Below are positions 37,809 through 51,214 of a stretch of DNA of 64,000 nucleotides, piece after piece. The DNA is from Azolla caroliniana. Lineage: Eukaryota; Plantae; Polypodiophyta. The stretch is from positions 4,154,001-4,218,000 of the forward strand of contig JBHGNT010000013.1 in NCBI GenBank assembly GCA_043228905.1, written 5' to 3'. A program made the position numbers and the translations under genes. The notes under the pieces are model-generated. The model searched no databases. It worked only from the letters and a program-made list of their open reading frames with translations, and was not told the DNA's origin. How positions within the stretch are numbered: the first letter of the stretch is position 1; every line of letters begins with the position of its first letter.

Positions 37809-39222
37809 ATGGACATAGGAATGGCTAGCTCGCTTCCGACGGAGAAGCTCGACAGAAACAACTACGCGTCTTGGTCTTACAAGATGCACCAGTACCTGCT
37901 CGGACACGGTTACTGGAGCTATGTCAATGGTGCAAATGACACAACACCCGATTCAACACACAAAGACTTCCCGATGTGGGAACAATCGGCGAGCAGAGTG
38001 TTGTATTGTTTCGCGTCTTGTGTGGGTGAACAGCTATTAAGCTACATTCGGGATGCAAAAACGCCGAAGGGTGCGCGGGAAAATCTGAAGAAGATTTTCG
38101 CCGCGAGCACCACAGCTAGGAAGCTTTAGCTCCAATAGGAGTTGAGCAACCTACGGCAACACGATGTGTCGGTGGTTGACTATACCTCGAGGATTAAGGA
38201 CATATGCGACTCGTTAGCTTCCATCGATGTGAACATCGAGGAAAGCGAGATGGTCCAGGTCTGTCTCGGGGGTTTGGCGTTCCGAACTACTGTGTGTACC
38301 CGGGAGAATACACCGTCCTCTTTCGACTTACAGTCGATGCTCCTGGTAGAGGAGAACCACACGGGTGCCTCAACGAGCACGCACACCGATAGAAAGATGT
38401 TGTACACGGAGGGAGATAGGCCCTGTGGTCGTGGCAGACGATGCGAGTCGGTACGCAATGGAGGCGGCCGACGAGATCAAGGAAGAAGGCACCGAAGTGA
38501 TGCCGACAGCAATTCCGAACCCTAGAGCCATGTCGGGCAGAAAGGGAAACTCATGAACGTGCTACACGTTCCCACAATCACGAAGAACTTGGTGTCGGTC
38601 GGATAGATCGTTGACCAAGGGATGGAGGTCCGGTTTACACACCTCGGTTTCTTCATTCAGGAAGAAGGCCGTGTTATTGCGCAAGGGCGCAGAGACGAGA
38701 GGATGTTCATCCTCGACTCTACTGACGGTGGCACCACAATGTTTGCGAAGGGACAAAAAGTGGGTAGGCCACGTCAACTACCAGCAGCTTCAGGACCTGC
38801 AATCGAAACAGGTGGTGTTCGGATTGCCCGAATTTAGTGGCCGGAAGGCACAAATTTGTGAAGCCTGCCAGCTTGGGAAGCAACACCGACTTCCCTTCCC
38901 AAATGAGCGTAACCGGAGCTGGAACAATCTCGACTTGATACACTCCGATGTGTGGGGGCCGACACAAAACGTTAGTCTTCGCGGGAGCCGATATTTCGTC
39001 TCCTTCATCGACCACTACACGCGGCACACGTGGATCTACCTCATTGAGAGGAAGAGCGAAGTCTTCGACTGTTTCCGGGACCTCAAAGGGTTTATGGAAA
39101 CGGAAACAGGAAGAAAGATCAAGTGCCTACGGTCGGATGGCGGAAAAGAATACTTTTTCGGTCAATTCAACGGTTATTTACAACAGATGGGAATTCGGCG
39201 CGAATTTAGTTGTAGATACACG
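37809..39222 (+). pseudogene. G gag and partial integrase
   Basis: EKLDRNNYASW, CEACQLGKQH, HSDVWGP, RSDGGKEY. Deletions near 38523 and 38760 relative to H. Confidence 0.88.
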
Positions 39223-42200
39223 TCAGTCCAGAGGAGTCGAGACGGACTTACAGTCGGGCATCCCGAATTTGAAGAGCATACTCAGCACGTAGTGACGTTG
39301 GCTGATCAATATGCCTTCGGGGGTATGGATCACTTCGATCCCAAGGAAGTAATGAAGGTCCCCCAGATCCTTCATGTCGAACGATGCCGCAAGCTAGAGC
39401 TTCACGCGGTCGATTTCACCTAGGTTGGCGCCGGTGATGACCAAGTTATCAACATATAGTAAAATACTAACCGGTCCGAGTCGACCTTTCCGGATGAACA
39501 GGGAAGAGTCCGATTTTGATGTGACGAAGCCCATCCGACGCAGTTGTTGCGTGATCTTCGCGTTCCAGGCACGCGGGGCTTGCTTCAGTCCGTAAAGGGA
39601 CTTCTTCAGTCGGCATACTGCCGAGGAGTTCGTTCCAGAATGAAATCCGGGGGGCTGTACCATGTACACCTGTTCCTCAAGGTCACCTTGCAAGAACGCA
39701 TTCTTACATCCATCTGATGTAAGTGCCACCTCTTCACCGCAGCTACTGCGAGCAAAACATGGACGGTCGTCATTTTCGCGACCGGCGCAAACGTCTCATC
39801 GTAGTCGATGCCGTGTTTCTGCGCGTAGCCTTTTGCCACTAGCCGAGCCTTGTACTGGTTGACCGAGCCATCAGTGTTGTACTTGACCTTGTACACCCAC
39901 CTACACCCGATCGGCTTCACACCCTTCGGTGCGTCAACCAGTTCCCAGGTCTCGTTCTATTCCAATGTGTGCATCTCTTCCTCCATCGCGGCACGCCAAT
40001 TCGCGTCTTTAGCCGCTTCTGCGTAGCTCTCCGGCTCATGCACTTCCGCTACACGGGTCATGTACGCATAATGATGTGCCATGTACTCATTGTATCCGAA
40101 CCGCAAAACCGGATTCTTCTGGCAGGTAGATCGGCGTAATCTCACATTAGCCGATGTCGAGGCCTTCTCGGTCGACGCGGTCTTCACCTTTAAAGACCCG
40201 TCACTGGTTCCCTCGGAGTCGGACTCGCGTCGGTCTGACTCGTTCCTATCTGTGCCGGAATCCGACACCTTCTTCTTCCCTTTCTCTTTGCACGTAAGCC
40301 GTCTCCTCGGCTTCCTGCGCGGGGAATGCACGGCCGAGTCTCCACTACTCGCCGGCTCTTCATCGGACTGGTCGTACCGACTCAGTCGTCCAATCGGTCC
40401 ACTTAAACGGAGTGAAATTGGACTCTCTTCGCGGGTCTCGATTTCGGGCTCATCCGGAGGCATCTCGGCCTCGCTGACCTCATCGTCAGAGCTCGGATTG
40501 GAGTCGAGGTTCTGAGTCGGGGACTGGTACCAGGACGCGGACTCGTCAAACACAACGTCGCGGCTAACACGCGCTTGTTTGGTGTGAGGGTTATAGCACT
40601 TATAACCCTTCTGCTCGTCCGAGTAACCGACCAAGATGCATTTCTCGGCCTTTGCGTCCAGCTTCCTCCTTTTCTCCTTCGGTACATGCACATACGCAAT
40701 GCTACCAAACACCCTCAAGTGTCGCAAGTTCGGCTTCGTTCCGAAGTACAACTCGTGCGCTGACACTTTGTCTCCGATCCGGTTCCGGATGTATACTGCG
40801 GTCCTTACCGCCTCGGCCCAGTAGAACTTGGGCAAGCTCTTCTCCTCCAGCATTGCCCATGCCGCTTCCACAACTGACCGATTCTTCCTCTCGGCCACGC
40901 CGTTCTGCTCTCGCGTGTATCTACAACTGAATTCGCGCCTGATTCCCATTTGTTGTAGATAACCGTTGAATTGACCAGAAAAGTACTCTTTCCCGCCATC
41001 CGACCGCAGAGACTTGATCTTTCGTCCCGTTTCCGTTTCCACGAACCCTTTGAGGTCCCGGAAACAGTCGAAGACTTCACTCTTCCTCTCAATGAGGTAG
41101 ATCCACGTGTGCCGCGTGTGGTCGTCGATGAAGGAGACGAAATATCGGCTCCCGCCAAGACTAACGTTTTGTGCCGGCCTCCATACATCGGAGTGTATAA
41201 GTTCGAGCATATTCCGGCTCCGGTTTTGCTCGTTGGGGAAAGGAAGTCGGTGTTGCTTCCCGAGCTGGCAGGCTTCACAAATTTGTGCCTTTCGGCCACT
41301 AAATTTGGGCAATCCGAACACTACCTGTTTCGATTGCAGATCTTGAAGCAGCTGGTAGTTGACATGGCCTATCCGCTTGTGCCACAAGTCGATGTCCGAC
41401 TCGGTTTTTCTTCTCTTCGCGAACATTGCGGTGCCGCCGTCAGTGGAGTCGAGGATGCACATCCTCCCGTCTCTGCGCCCTTGCGCAATCACATGGCCTT
41501 CTTCCTCAATGAAGCACCCGAGGTGTGTAAACCGAACCTCCATCCCTTGGTCAACGATTTGTCCAACCGAGACCAAGTTCTTCGTGATTGTCGGAACGTG
41601 CAGCACGTTCATGAGTTTCCCTTTCTGCCCGACATGGCTAAGGGGAACTTCTCCGACATTCGCGATCGGATGCGGAGTGTCGTCTCCAGTTGCGACTACT
41701 CCAGGTTGTATCAGTTTTTCAAGGTACAAGAACCACTGCTTATGGCTCGTCATGTGGTTTGACGCACCGGAGTCTACATACCAAACCTCGTCCGATCTCG
41801 AGGTGCTCTATTTAATTGAGTTTGCTCCGTGTCTCGTCACGAAGACAGACCCTTCTCCGACTCTCCCGGAGTCTTTGGCGTAGTGCGATCATTGCCGGTT
41901 TCCCTTGTCGGTATGTCCGGAGCCGTTTCCGGAACCGATTCTCTCCGAATCGGCGCGCTTCTTCCAGCACTCACTTTCCCTGTGGCCTTTCTTGCCACAG
42001 TACCGGCATTCGAAGATGGCCTTCCCTTGCCGGTTCTCATCGCTTCGACTCCCCCTGTTTTCGGAGGGTTCGGAGTTGCTGTTGGCATCACTTCGGTGCC
42101 TTCTTCCTTGATCTCGTCAGTCGCCTCCATTGTGCGCTGACTCGCCTCATCCTCCACATCCACGAGGCCTATCTCCCTCCGTGTACAGCATTCTGTTGTC

Positions 42201-43270
42201 GGTGTGCGTGCTTGTAGACGCACCCGCGTGGTTCTCCTCTACCAGGAGCATTGACTGTAAGTCAAAGAAGGACGGCGTATTCTCCCGGGTACACACAGCC
42301 GTTCGGAACGCTCCGAACTTCGACGCCAAACCTCCGAGACAGATCTGGACCATCTCGCTCTCCTCGATGTTCACCTCTATGGAGGCGAGGGAGTCACAGA
42401 TATCCTTGATCTTCGAGGTATAGTCCGCCACCGACAAGTCGCGTTGTCGTAGGCTGCTCAACTCCTGTCGGAGCTGAAGCTTCCTGGCTGTGGTGCTCGC
42501 GGCGAAAATCTTCTTCAGATTTTCCCACGCACCCTTCGACGTCTTTGCATCCCAAATATAGCTCAATAACTGTTCGCCCACACACGACGCGAAGCAGTAT
42601 AATACCTTGCTCGCCGATTGCTCCCATGACGGGAAGTCTCTGTGTGTCGATTCGGGTGTCGCGTCATTAGCTCCTTCGACATAACTCCAGTAGCCGTGCC
42701 CGAGCAGGTACTGGTGCATCTTGTAGGACCAAGACGCGTAGTTGGTTCTGTCGAGCTTCTCTGTTGGAAGCGAGCTCGCCATGCCTCTATCCATCGTTCT
42801 TCTCGTTCTTCTTCGTCAATCTGTGTCGACTGCAGAGAGGTTCTCAACCCTCGCGCTCTGATACCATGTAGAAAGTAACGTGCGGAAGCAAGTATGAAGA
42901 CCGAACAGAAGGAAGGAAACTCAGGTTCAATGGAGAGCTTGAGCTTACACGGTATACGCGGGAGAGACAGAGAGAGTGAGAGAGAAGACACAAAAAATAT
43001 AAAGAAGTACACAATCTCTATTCACCACTCTCTATACAAATGTGTGTTCAATGAACACTTTTATACAAGTCCTAGAAGGATTGACAGAAGTACTGACAGT
43101 ACTTCAATGCTCATTAAGAGCTCCTACACTAACTCCCAAATATATTCCTCACGGAATATCTTTCCTAACGACCTCCCGGTTTACGCACTCGGCCTAACCG
43201 ATCAGTCCCAAACAATCCGGTCCTAGGCTTCTTCAGCCGATCCGGCCGATGTTGAGCTTGTCTCTCAACA
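39223..43270 (-). mobile_element. Element H: Ty1/Copia of G's family, 3'-truncated, inserted in I's RT
   Basis: 5' LTR 42867-43270, PBS iMet 42855-42866, gag 42147-42794, PR-INT 39957-41753, RT (YKARLVAKG, LYGLKQAPR, LYVDN). Confidence 0.92.
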
Positions 43271-45812
43271 GAGACCATATTCACGCAACCGTTGCAAAGC
43301 TTGTCGAACGTGTATATCATGATCCTCTTGAGTTTCTGAGTAGATCAAGATATCATCTAGGTAAATTATGACGAAAATATTGAGGAAATCTCGAAAAATA
43401 TCATTCGCCATATGTTGGAAAACTGTTGGTGCATTCGTGAGACCAAATGGCATCACTGTATACTCAAAATGGCCATAGCGAGTACGAAAAGCAACTTCCA
43501 TTCATCCCCAGGACGAATTTGAACAAGATTGTAAGCACCTCGAAGATCTAACTTTGTGAAATACTTAGCTCCATTGAGGCGTTCCAGAAGGCTCGAAATC
43601 AATGGTAGAGCGTATCGGTTTCGAATAGTTACTTTATTCAATCCTCGATAATCCACGACCAGACGAAGCGAACCATCTTTCTTTTTAACGAAAAATATGG
43701 GTGCGCCGGCAGGAAATCTTGAATTCCGGATAAACCCATTCGCCAAGTTCTCATCGATATATTCTCGAAGAACCTCTAACTCCGTGGGTGAAAGGTTATA
43801 AATTGGCCCCCATGGAGGCTCTTTTCCGGGTTGCAAATCAATCGGGCAATCATATGGTCGATGCTCTGGTAGTCTATTGGCCTTCACCTTATCAAAAACA
43901 TCGGAGAATTCTATATATTTCTTCGGTAGTTGGACCCCCGATTCTTGTGAGCTCGATGTGGGAGTTGCTAAAACTCTGAACACCAACATGTCTTCCTTCT
44001 GTCCTTCCTCACGTAATTGATGTATAGAGATTGTCGAAATCTTTTGGAATGTCATATCCTTTAATGGAGTTTTAAGAGGCTCAGACTGTATTGTGACTTC
44101 TTCAACGGTTCTTTTTCTCCAATCAATAGTTGGGTTATGTAGCTCAAACCATGGAAGACCAAGAACTAGGGAGTGCTCTGAACTACTAATGATGTTGAAT
44201 GAGATGACACTAGCCAAATTGCCTAGGACTACATGAATTGGTTCAAACTCTTCAACTATATCACCTGATGCTATGGGGCATCCATCAATGACTCCGACTG
44301 ACACTGGGCTTGGGAGCTTATGCAACTGAATATTATGCATTACAACAAACTCACAATCCATGAAACAAGAGTTGGCTCCAGAGTCTAAGAGGGCAGAAGC
44401 TGGGACTCGATGGCACATAGATGTGTTAAGCTCAACTTGTGCAGAGAAAACTCGACTAACTTGATCGGATGAAATGGAACCACAACTAGGGACGGACGTT
44501 ACATGCCTAGGGTTGTCCAACCAAATGGCTCCGATTTTGGCCAGACTTACTCGTTTAACACATCATCTAATTGGCTGAAGACATCAAATATATTTTTATG
44601 ACAGGGACTACTAGGCCTACATGGGTTACAAGAAGGCATGGAAGAAATTGAGATGGGATTGTCCTGAGCACTTACTTGGTTAACTTGTCGTCATGGTTTA
44701 TGTGGACAATTCACAGCAATATGCCCTGGACCACCACAATAGAGGCATAGACGATTCGCTCGCCGTCGTTGCTTTTCAACATCCGATAATGGTCCTCGAC
44801 ATCATGTTGTCTTGATTTCCATTGGAGTAGGGCCATCCACAACACTTGACTTTGATACTTGGGGTGGAGTTGCAACCACCGAAGCATATGTTTCTGTTGG
44901 TCGAAAGCGTAACATTTGTTGGCGCTCAGAACGCCGCTCAAATAAGCGATTGTCACATCGCACGGCCCAGCTTACTGCTTCAGTAAGAGATTTTGGATCA
45001 TCATGGAAGGTAAGAAGTAAATCCTTCACATCATTGCGTAGACCTTGAGGAAATTGGTCCATTAATGCCGCCTCGTCCCATGGAATATCACATGCTAGAA
45101 GGCGAAAATCTGCAGTATAAGCGGAAGCAGGACGATCTCCTTGTCGCAATCGCTGAATTTTGTTTATTGCAGTCCTCATACTATCAGTGTCTCCAAAGTT
45201 GGCTTGAAACTCATTAATAAACCCTTCAAAATCTTCTAATATTGGTGAGTGCTTCTCTAGGAGTGGTGCAAACCACACTAATGTGGTACCCGTTAACAAG
45301 GTACCAACTAGACCCACACGAGCAACATCAATTGGGTAACGGCTAGGATGCAATTTAATCACAAGCCGTACCTGATTTAAAAATCCACGAAAAAATTGAG
45401 ACCTTGTACCATCAAACTTGGCCGGCAGACTAATCTTGGGTTCCTTCGGCGAGGTTTGAACTTCCGCCGCTTGTCATTGCAATAGAGTAGTCTCCAATTG
45501 ATGCACCCATTGAGATAATTCTTCATATTGTTGTACTTTCTCAGCACTTACTTGTTGTAGGTCTCCTAGCAATCTTTGATTTTCATGCTCTAGTGCCACG
45601 AATTTGGTTGTTAGCATTTCGAGCTCGGAGAGAACACGCATATATTCTTGCTTGCTGACGGACTCCATAGTTGTGATAGAAAATTGCTAGATTTGGTTGA
45701 ATAAGGTTAAGATAAGAAGAAGAAGTTGGAGAAGAAGAAAAGAGATAAATTCGGTTCAAACTGTCATGACTTGAGAATAGGAGAGAGAAAAATAAGATGA
45801 CAGTAGAAGGTA

Positions 45813-45848
<36 letters not shown>

Positions 45849-45985
45849 ACACTAGAAATGGAAAGAGAGTTTATATTATAAGAGAGCAAGGATTACAAAG
45901 AGTAGGCTAAGGGGCTACAAACTGGTGTTGAAACGAATGAGTTGTGATGAATGAATAGACACCTATTTATAGGCCTTATGGAGTT

Positions 45986-46110
45986 TTCTAGAATGTTCTA
46001 GAATATTTTAGATATTTATGATATTTAATATAATCATGGAATATCCTAGAATGTTCTAGAATACTCTAGATTGTTCTGGAATACTCTAGAATGTTCTAGA
46101 ATACTCTAAA
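45986..46110. promoter_or_regulatory. Heat-shock-element array in I LTR
   Basis: Repeated TTCTAGAATGTTCTAGAA (nGAAn inverted repeats) upstream of the minus-strand TATA at 45964-45971. Confidence 0.65.
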
Positions 46111-46161
46111 TGTCTTGTAGTAACTAATAATACATTTATTATAACTATACATCATATATGT

Positions 46162-46226
46162 TAGTATAATGGTTAAAGTTCTAACATATAGACCAAGATG
46201 TTTTGGGCTCGAATCCTTGTAAGGCC
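46162..46226 (+). promoter_or_regulatory. tRNA-like A/B-box cassette in I LTR
   Basis: TAGTATAATGG ... GGGCTCGAATCC. Confidence 0.6.
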
Positions 46227-46247
46227 AAAATGTATGTCGTCATGACA

Positions 46248-47703
46248 ATTAGTATTTTACTATATGTTGATGACTTGGTCATCACCGGCGCCGACCTAGG
46301 AAATCGACCACGTGAAGCTCCAGCTTGCGGCATCATTCGACATGAAGGATCTGGGGGACCTTCATTACTTCCTCAGGATCGAAGTGATCCGCACCCTCGA
46401 AGGCATATTGATCAGCCAACGTCATTACGTGCTGAATATGCTCTTCAATTTGGGGATGGCAAACTGTAAGTTCGTCTCGACTCCTCTAGATAGAACCGTC
46501 AAGCTTCGCCCCGAGTCCGGCAAGGTATGTGACCCGACGAGGTTCCCACAGATAGTCGACAACCTCATATACTTTACCATCACCCGACCTTATCTCAGTT
46601 ATCCGATCAGGGTGATCAGTCAGTTCTTGGCGCGACCTACCGAGGAGCACCTTCAGTGTGCGTAACGCGTATTGCGGTACGTAAGCGGCACTAAGGACTG
46701 GGGTCTGCTATATCGGACCGGTACAACCTCGCCATTGGTCGGCTACACCAACGCTGATTGGGCTAGCAACGCCGCCGATCGCCGATCCACGTCCGGATAC
46801 GCGTTCTCTCTTGGGAGTGTCGTGATCGCGTGGAGTAGTAAGAAGCAGCCGACAGTTGCATTGTCGAGCACCGAAGCTGAGTACTGAGGAGCGACTGTCG
46901 CGACATGCAAAGCCATATTTTTTAAACGACTACTTAAGGACCTGCAAGAGGAGGTGTCCGATCCGACGATGATCTACTGCGACAACCTCAGTAGCATCCA
47001 ACTTGCCAAGAACCCTATTTTCCACGCCCGGACTAAGCACATTAGGGTGCACTACCATTTCGTCCGTGAGAGTGTTCTCTCCGGTGAAGTCGAACTTCAG
47101 TATGTTCCAACGGATCGACAACCCGCCGACATCTTCACCAAGCCTCTTGGTCTGGACAAGTTGCGACAATTCTTGGGTGCGCTTGGGTTGCGTCACCTCG
47201 ACGTGCCGAACTTGAGGGGGAGAGATTTCCCGAATGACCACGGAAGGGGGAGAGAAGACCGTGACGCCGAGTCGGATGATGAATTCGATTTCGGATCGGC
47301 TGAAGAAGCCGAGGTCGGACCCGCGGAAGAGTCCAAAAGCGAACAAAAAGGGAGCAGTTGGAAGAAAGAGCCGAAGCCAACCAAGCATGGGGGAGATGAC
47401 GTCGTCAAGGGCAAGAAGACTGAAGAAGAGTTGGAGACAGCCAACTCGGACGAGAGTGAAAACCGATCAGAGGTATCCGAGTTGGTTCAGATGTTTGATT
47501 CGGATACACTAAATCAACCAAGGGCCAAGCGGACGAGAAGGCGGCATAAGAGGTGCCAACACCGCAACAACAAGGAAGCTGAGAAGGGCCGTGGAAGCAG
47601 ACAAGCCGATCAGAAGGGTCAAAGCGCGCGGAGTCGAATAGGCCGAGGAGTGCGAGCAAGGCGTGGAGCCAAGAGAAGCCGGAGCGTAGATCCGGAGGAG
47701 TAG
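46248..47703 (+). pseudogene. G end of RT, RNase H and charged C-terminal tail
   Basis: LYVDD, MKDLG, DRRSTSG, SSTEAEY, CDNLS, KHI..HYHF, ADIFTK. Confidence 0.92.
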
Positions 47704-49030
47704 GCGGAACCTCAAGTTGAGCTTGAGGGCGAGTGTTAAGAGACAAGCTCAACATCGGCCGGATCGGTTGAGCAAGCCGAGGACTGGATCGATTAGGCCG
47801 GACCAGTGCGTGAAACGGGTGCGTAAACCGGTACGCAAACCGGTGCGTAGGAAGGTCGTATCGGTGCTTAAACCGAAAGGCCATTAGAGAGATATTCCTC
47901 GTAAGGAATAGTTTTGGGAGTAAGAGTCGAAGCTCATTTATGAGCAGTCAAGTACTGTCAATACATCAGCCCGATTGTCAGGGCTTGTATAAATTTTTGA
48001 ATTAAGTTCTAGTGTTTTACTCTCTCTCTCGTGCGTACTGTGCAAACCTAAGCTTTCCATTAAACCTACGTTTTCTGTTGTTCGGTTTCCTGTATTGCTT
48101 CCGCACGCAATTCTTTTCAGAGTACATGGCCCATCATTATGCCTTCGCGAAGAAGGTAGCGGCCAAACAAGAGCCCGAACACTCTACAGAAGTGGCTCGT
48201 GACCCACGATGGGTGAAAGCAGTCGACTTAAGACTTTGTCACAAGCTTGAGGGGGAGGATCAAAAGAATCAAAACTGCCACGATGCAGAAGCCAACACCG
48301 AAAGTCACACAGAAGCGGACATCGAAAGCAAGACAACATCGAAAGCAAAACGGATGTCGGATGCCTCACACTTGAGCTTGAGGGGGCATGTTGAGAGAGG
48401 AAGCTCAACTAGAGTTAGTTAGTTCGTCAACCATGTATCTTTGTAGTTACCTGGATAGAATCTAGTTAGAAGTGTTGACTATAAAGCCTTAAATAGGACC
48501 TTGTACTTAACTGGGATATTCTAGATCCTCCACTCCCAAGTACATTTAATATAGGACTTACAACATTGTACCTATATTCTCCTCACACATGTGCACCCTT
48601 GCACATGAGATCCATATATATCTCATTGTAGGTAACTTTGTCGAAATGTCTATCAGGAACAGTACTAAGACAAATAAGTACTATTAGGAACAGTACTAGG
48701 ACAGAGAAGGAATTAGTACTAAAAGACAAAGATTAGTACTAAGGGAGGTGTAGAACTCTTGAGAGAAGGAAAGAGTGAGTGTGTGTGTGAGAGAGAGAAT
48801 GATATGATAACAAAAGATATATATTATGTGAAGAGAATATATAGTAGTAGCTAGGAGGCTTAAGACTGGCGTTGAACCAATTTGGTTCGAAATAATGCCT
48901 TGTGCCTCCTTTTATAGTGTTCTTAGGAGTACTCCTGAAGTTTCTAGAATGTTCCAGAGAAATCTAGAATATACATCTATTTTCTATAGTAAAACTTAAA
49001 TGAAAAAAATATCTTTCGTATTATAATATA

Positions 49031-49090
49031 TAGTCTAATGGTCCAGAGCTTGACCCATGTAACATAAGGTCATGGGTTCGAATCTTGCCA
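49031..49090 (+). promoter_or_regulatory. tRNA-like A/B-box cassette in L LTR (second copy near 55638-55697)
   Basis: TAGTCTAATGG ... GGGTTCGAATCT. Confidence 0.65.
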
Positions 49091-49828
49091 TATCATGGCA
49101 CTATCCCTTTCTTCTTTTTAAAACGACGAGTGTTATGAGTCGTTTTGGATTGAGGACCTAGTTTTTCTGGATATTGACGATGGAAGTCTTCAACAAGAGC
49201 ATGAGCATTGGTCACATTCTCTATTGGTTCCCAAGTACGCTTGTTGGGACTATATCCTAGCCAATCGACTAAATAGTAGAGCTTGTTGTGAACAATCTTC
49301 GAATCGAGGATGGCGGCAACCTCGTACTCAGGTCCATCTTCAAGTTCGATCGGGGGTGGAGGTGGTTTAATACGACCTGGGATGATTCTGTCCTGATAGG
49401 GTTCTAGGAGAGAACTATGAAACACCGGATGTATCTGTAGTTGGGGACGTAGATCAAGACGAAAAGCGATATCATTAATTTTTTTGATAATACGGAGAGG
49501 ACCTAATCCCCGATAATCCAACTTCTCGCATGGGCAAATAGTCTTGATGTGTCATCATAGTAGCCATACCCAATCTCCAATGTTAAAACTGGATGGAAGC
49601 AGATGAAGATCCACATAATCCTTCTGCGTTTGTTGAGCTTGTTGTAAATGAGTAGATAAGTCTGCCTATATCTCGCATAGCCGCTCCAAACGATCCTCTA
49701 CACAAGGATTTATGGGTAACTCCGGAGTTTCGAATACACACCATTGGGGATGATAGCCCATATAAACATAAAATGGTATAACCCTAGTCGATGAGTGGAC
49801 AAAGTTATTATACGCAAATTCTGCAAAG

Positions 49829-51214
49829 TGTCATGGACACACCAAGCGCGGACTGGGAAGGAGCATGGATGATGGGGCTAAGAGCATGGAACTTAAGAAG
49901 ATGGGAATGATAGAAGAGCATGAAGATAGAGCTAAAGATCATGGAGACAAAGATGAGGCGAAACGAGAATAGTCGATTGATGTCTCAATGACTGGTGTTG
50001 AATCCCTTGAAAGGGACCAAGGAGGTTACAAGTATTTATACTTGTTCCGAGATTGAATATCTCTAGAATATACTCGTCTAGAATATGTCATACAATATTT
50101 CTAGAATATTCTGATTCTGAAATATAATATATGCTAGACTATAGAATACAAATGTATTATACAAATGTATGCTCATATCAAAATGGTTGAGCATGACATC
50201 TTGTAGATGTGAGGTTGTAGGTTCAATCCTCAGTAACTACATATTTGATGTCATTGTGTCGTGACATTATCCTCCCCTTTACGGCCGCCTTTTCGAAAGC
50301 GTGGTGTAGGGGTGAACAGGGAGTGGTGGGTGTGAGAAACCATGTGTTGTTCTCACTTGAAACCCGAACACCAACGTACGTGAGCGACCATGTGTGGTCC
50401 TCATCGGGAGCACGAACAAGCGTGAGCGACCATGTGGTCCTCACTAGGAGGTGGAACACTAGCGACAGTGAGCGACAATGTGGTTCTGACCGAGAACTGG
50501 AACACGAATGGGAGTGAGCGACCATGCGGCCCTCATCGGGAACTCGAACATGAACGGGCATTGAGTGACCATGCAACCCTCACCGGGACGTGAGAGACCA
50601 TGTAGCCCTCACCATGAACTGAACACGAATGGACATGAGCGACCATGCGGCCCTCACCGAGAATTGGAACCACAACGGGCGAAGGAGTGCAAGTGAAGCG
50701 GCCAACTCGACTTCTTCTATTATGAGAGGATAAATAGTTGAGGTTGACCCAATACACGACACATATGGTAGCACTAGCGAGAAACCCAGGTGATCCCCAC
50801 TAGGAAAGTGAGCAATTGTGACCCCCACCGAAACTAGAAGGTGGGCGATCGAAATTGGTCCTCACCAACAGAAAGTGCCGCGAGACTTGAACTATAACGA
50901 AAATGTAGTTCATGCAAGCAACGATCTGATCCCCACCAGGAAAGTGAGCGGTTGTGAACCCCACCGAAACTGGGAAGGTGAGCGATCGAAAGCACTCCTC
51001 ACCAAAATCGTGAGACAAAATGATACCTAAAAAGGATGACAAGTAGTGTTGATGACGACAATGGTTGGGCGAAGAGGGGCTGAAAATGATGACGTCGAAG
51101 ACAAGGATGTTGATGACGGTAACTCTGAAAGCAAGGACGATGATGATGGTAACTCTAGAAGCAATGGCAATGACGAAGACGACCAATGCTCCCAATTGGA
51201 ATATACGCCGAAGA
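49829..51214 (-). mobile_element. Element M: one LTR plus PPT and a repeat-rich non-coding interior, inserted in L's integrase
   Basis: LTR 49829-50266 (TGTCATG...CGTGACA), PPT AAAGGGGAGGATAA, CAAAG on both flanks (49824-49828, 51215-51219). No second LTR. Confidence 0.7.
50171..50240 (+). promoter_or_regulatory. tRNA-like cassette in M LTR
   Basis: GCTCA..AATGGT..TGAGC D-arm-like, ACATC-TTGTA-GATGT anticodon-arm-like, GGTTCAATCC B box. Confidence 0.65.

Larger units (their letters stand above)
43271..46247 (-). mobile_element. Element I: Tcn1/Tf1-like chromoviral Gypsy, 3'-truncated, inserted in G's RT
   Basis: 5' LTR 45762-46247 (TGTCATGAC...GTCATGACA), gag (GPTPME), PR LLDSGANSCF, RT (VDYRGLN, LDLRGAY, MPFGL, YLDD). 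Confidence 0.9.
37420..48119 (+). mobile_element. Element G: Ty1/Copia containing I and H, with an internal deletion
   Basis: LTRs 37420-37726 (internally deleted) and 47734-48119. TSD GAGTA. PBS TGGTATCAGAGC (tRNA-iMet) at 37727-37738. PPT TTGAGGGCGAG. Confidence 0.93.

Noticed and set aside
39223-43270. Inversion within G
   Set aside because: The segment duplicates gag and INT already present in G and has its own LTR and PBS, so it is a separate insertion.
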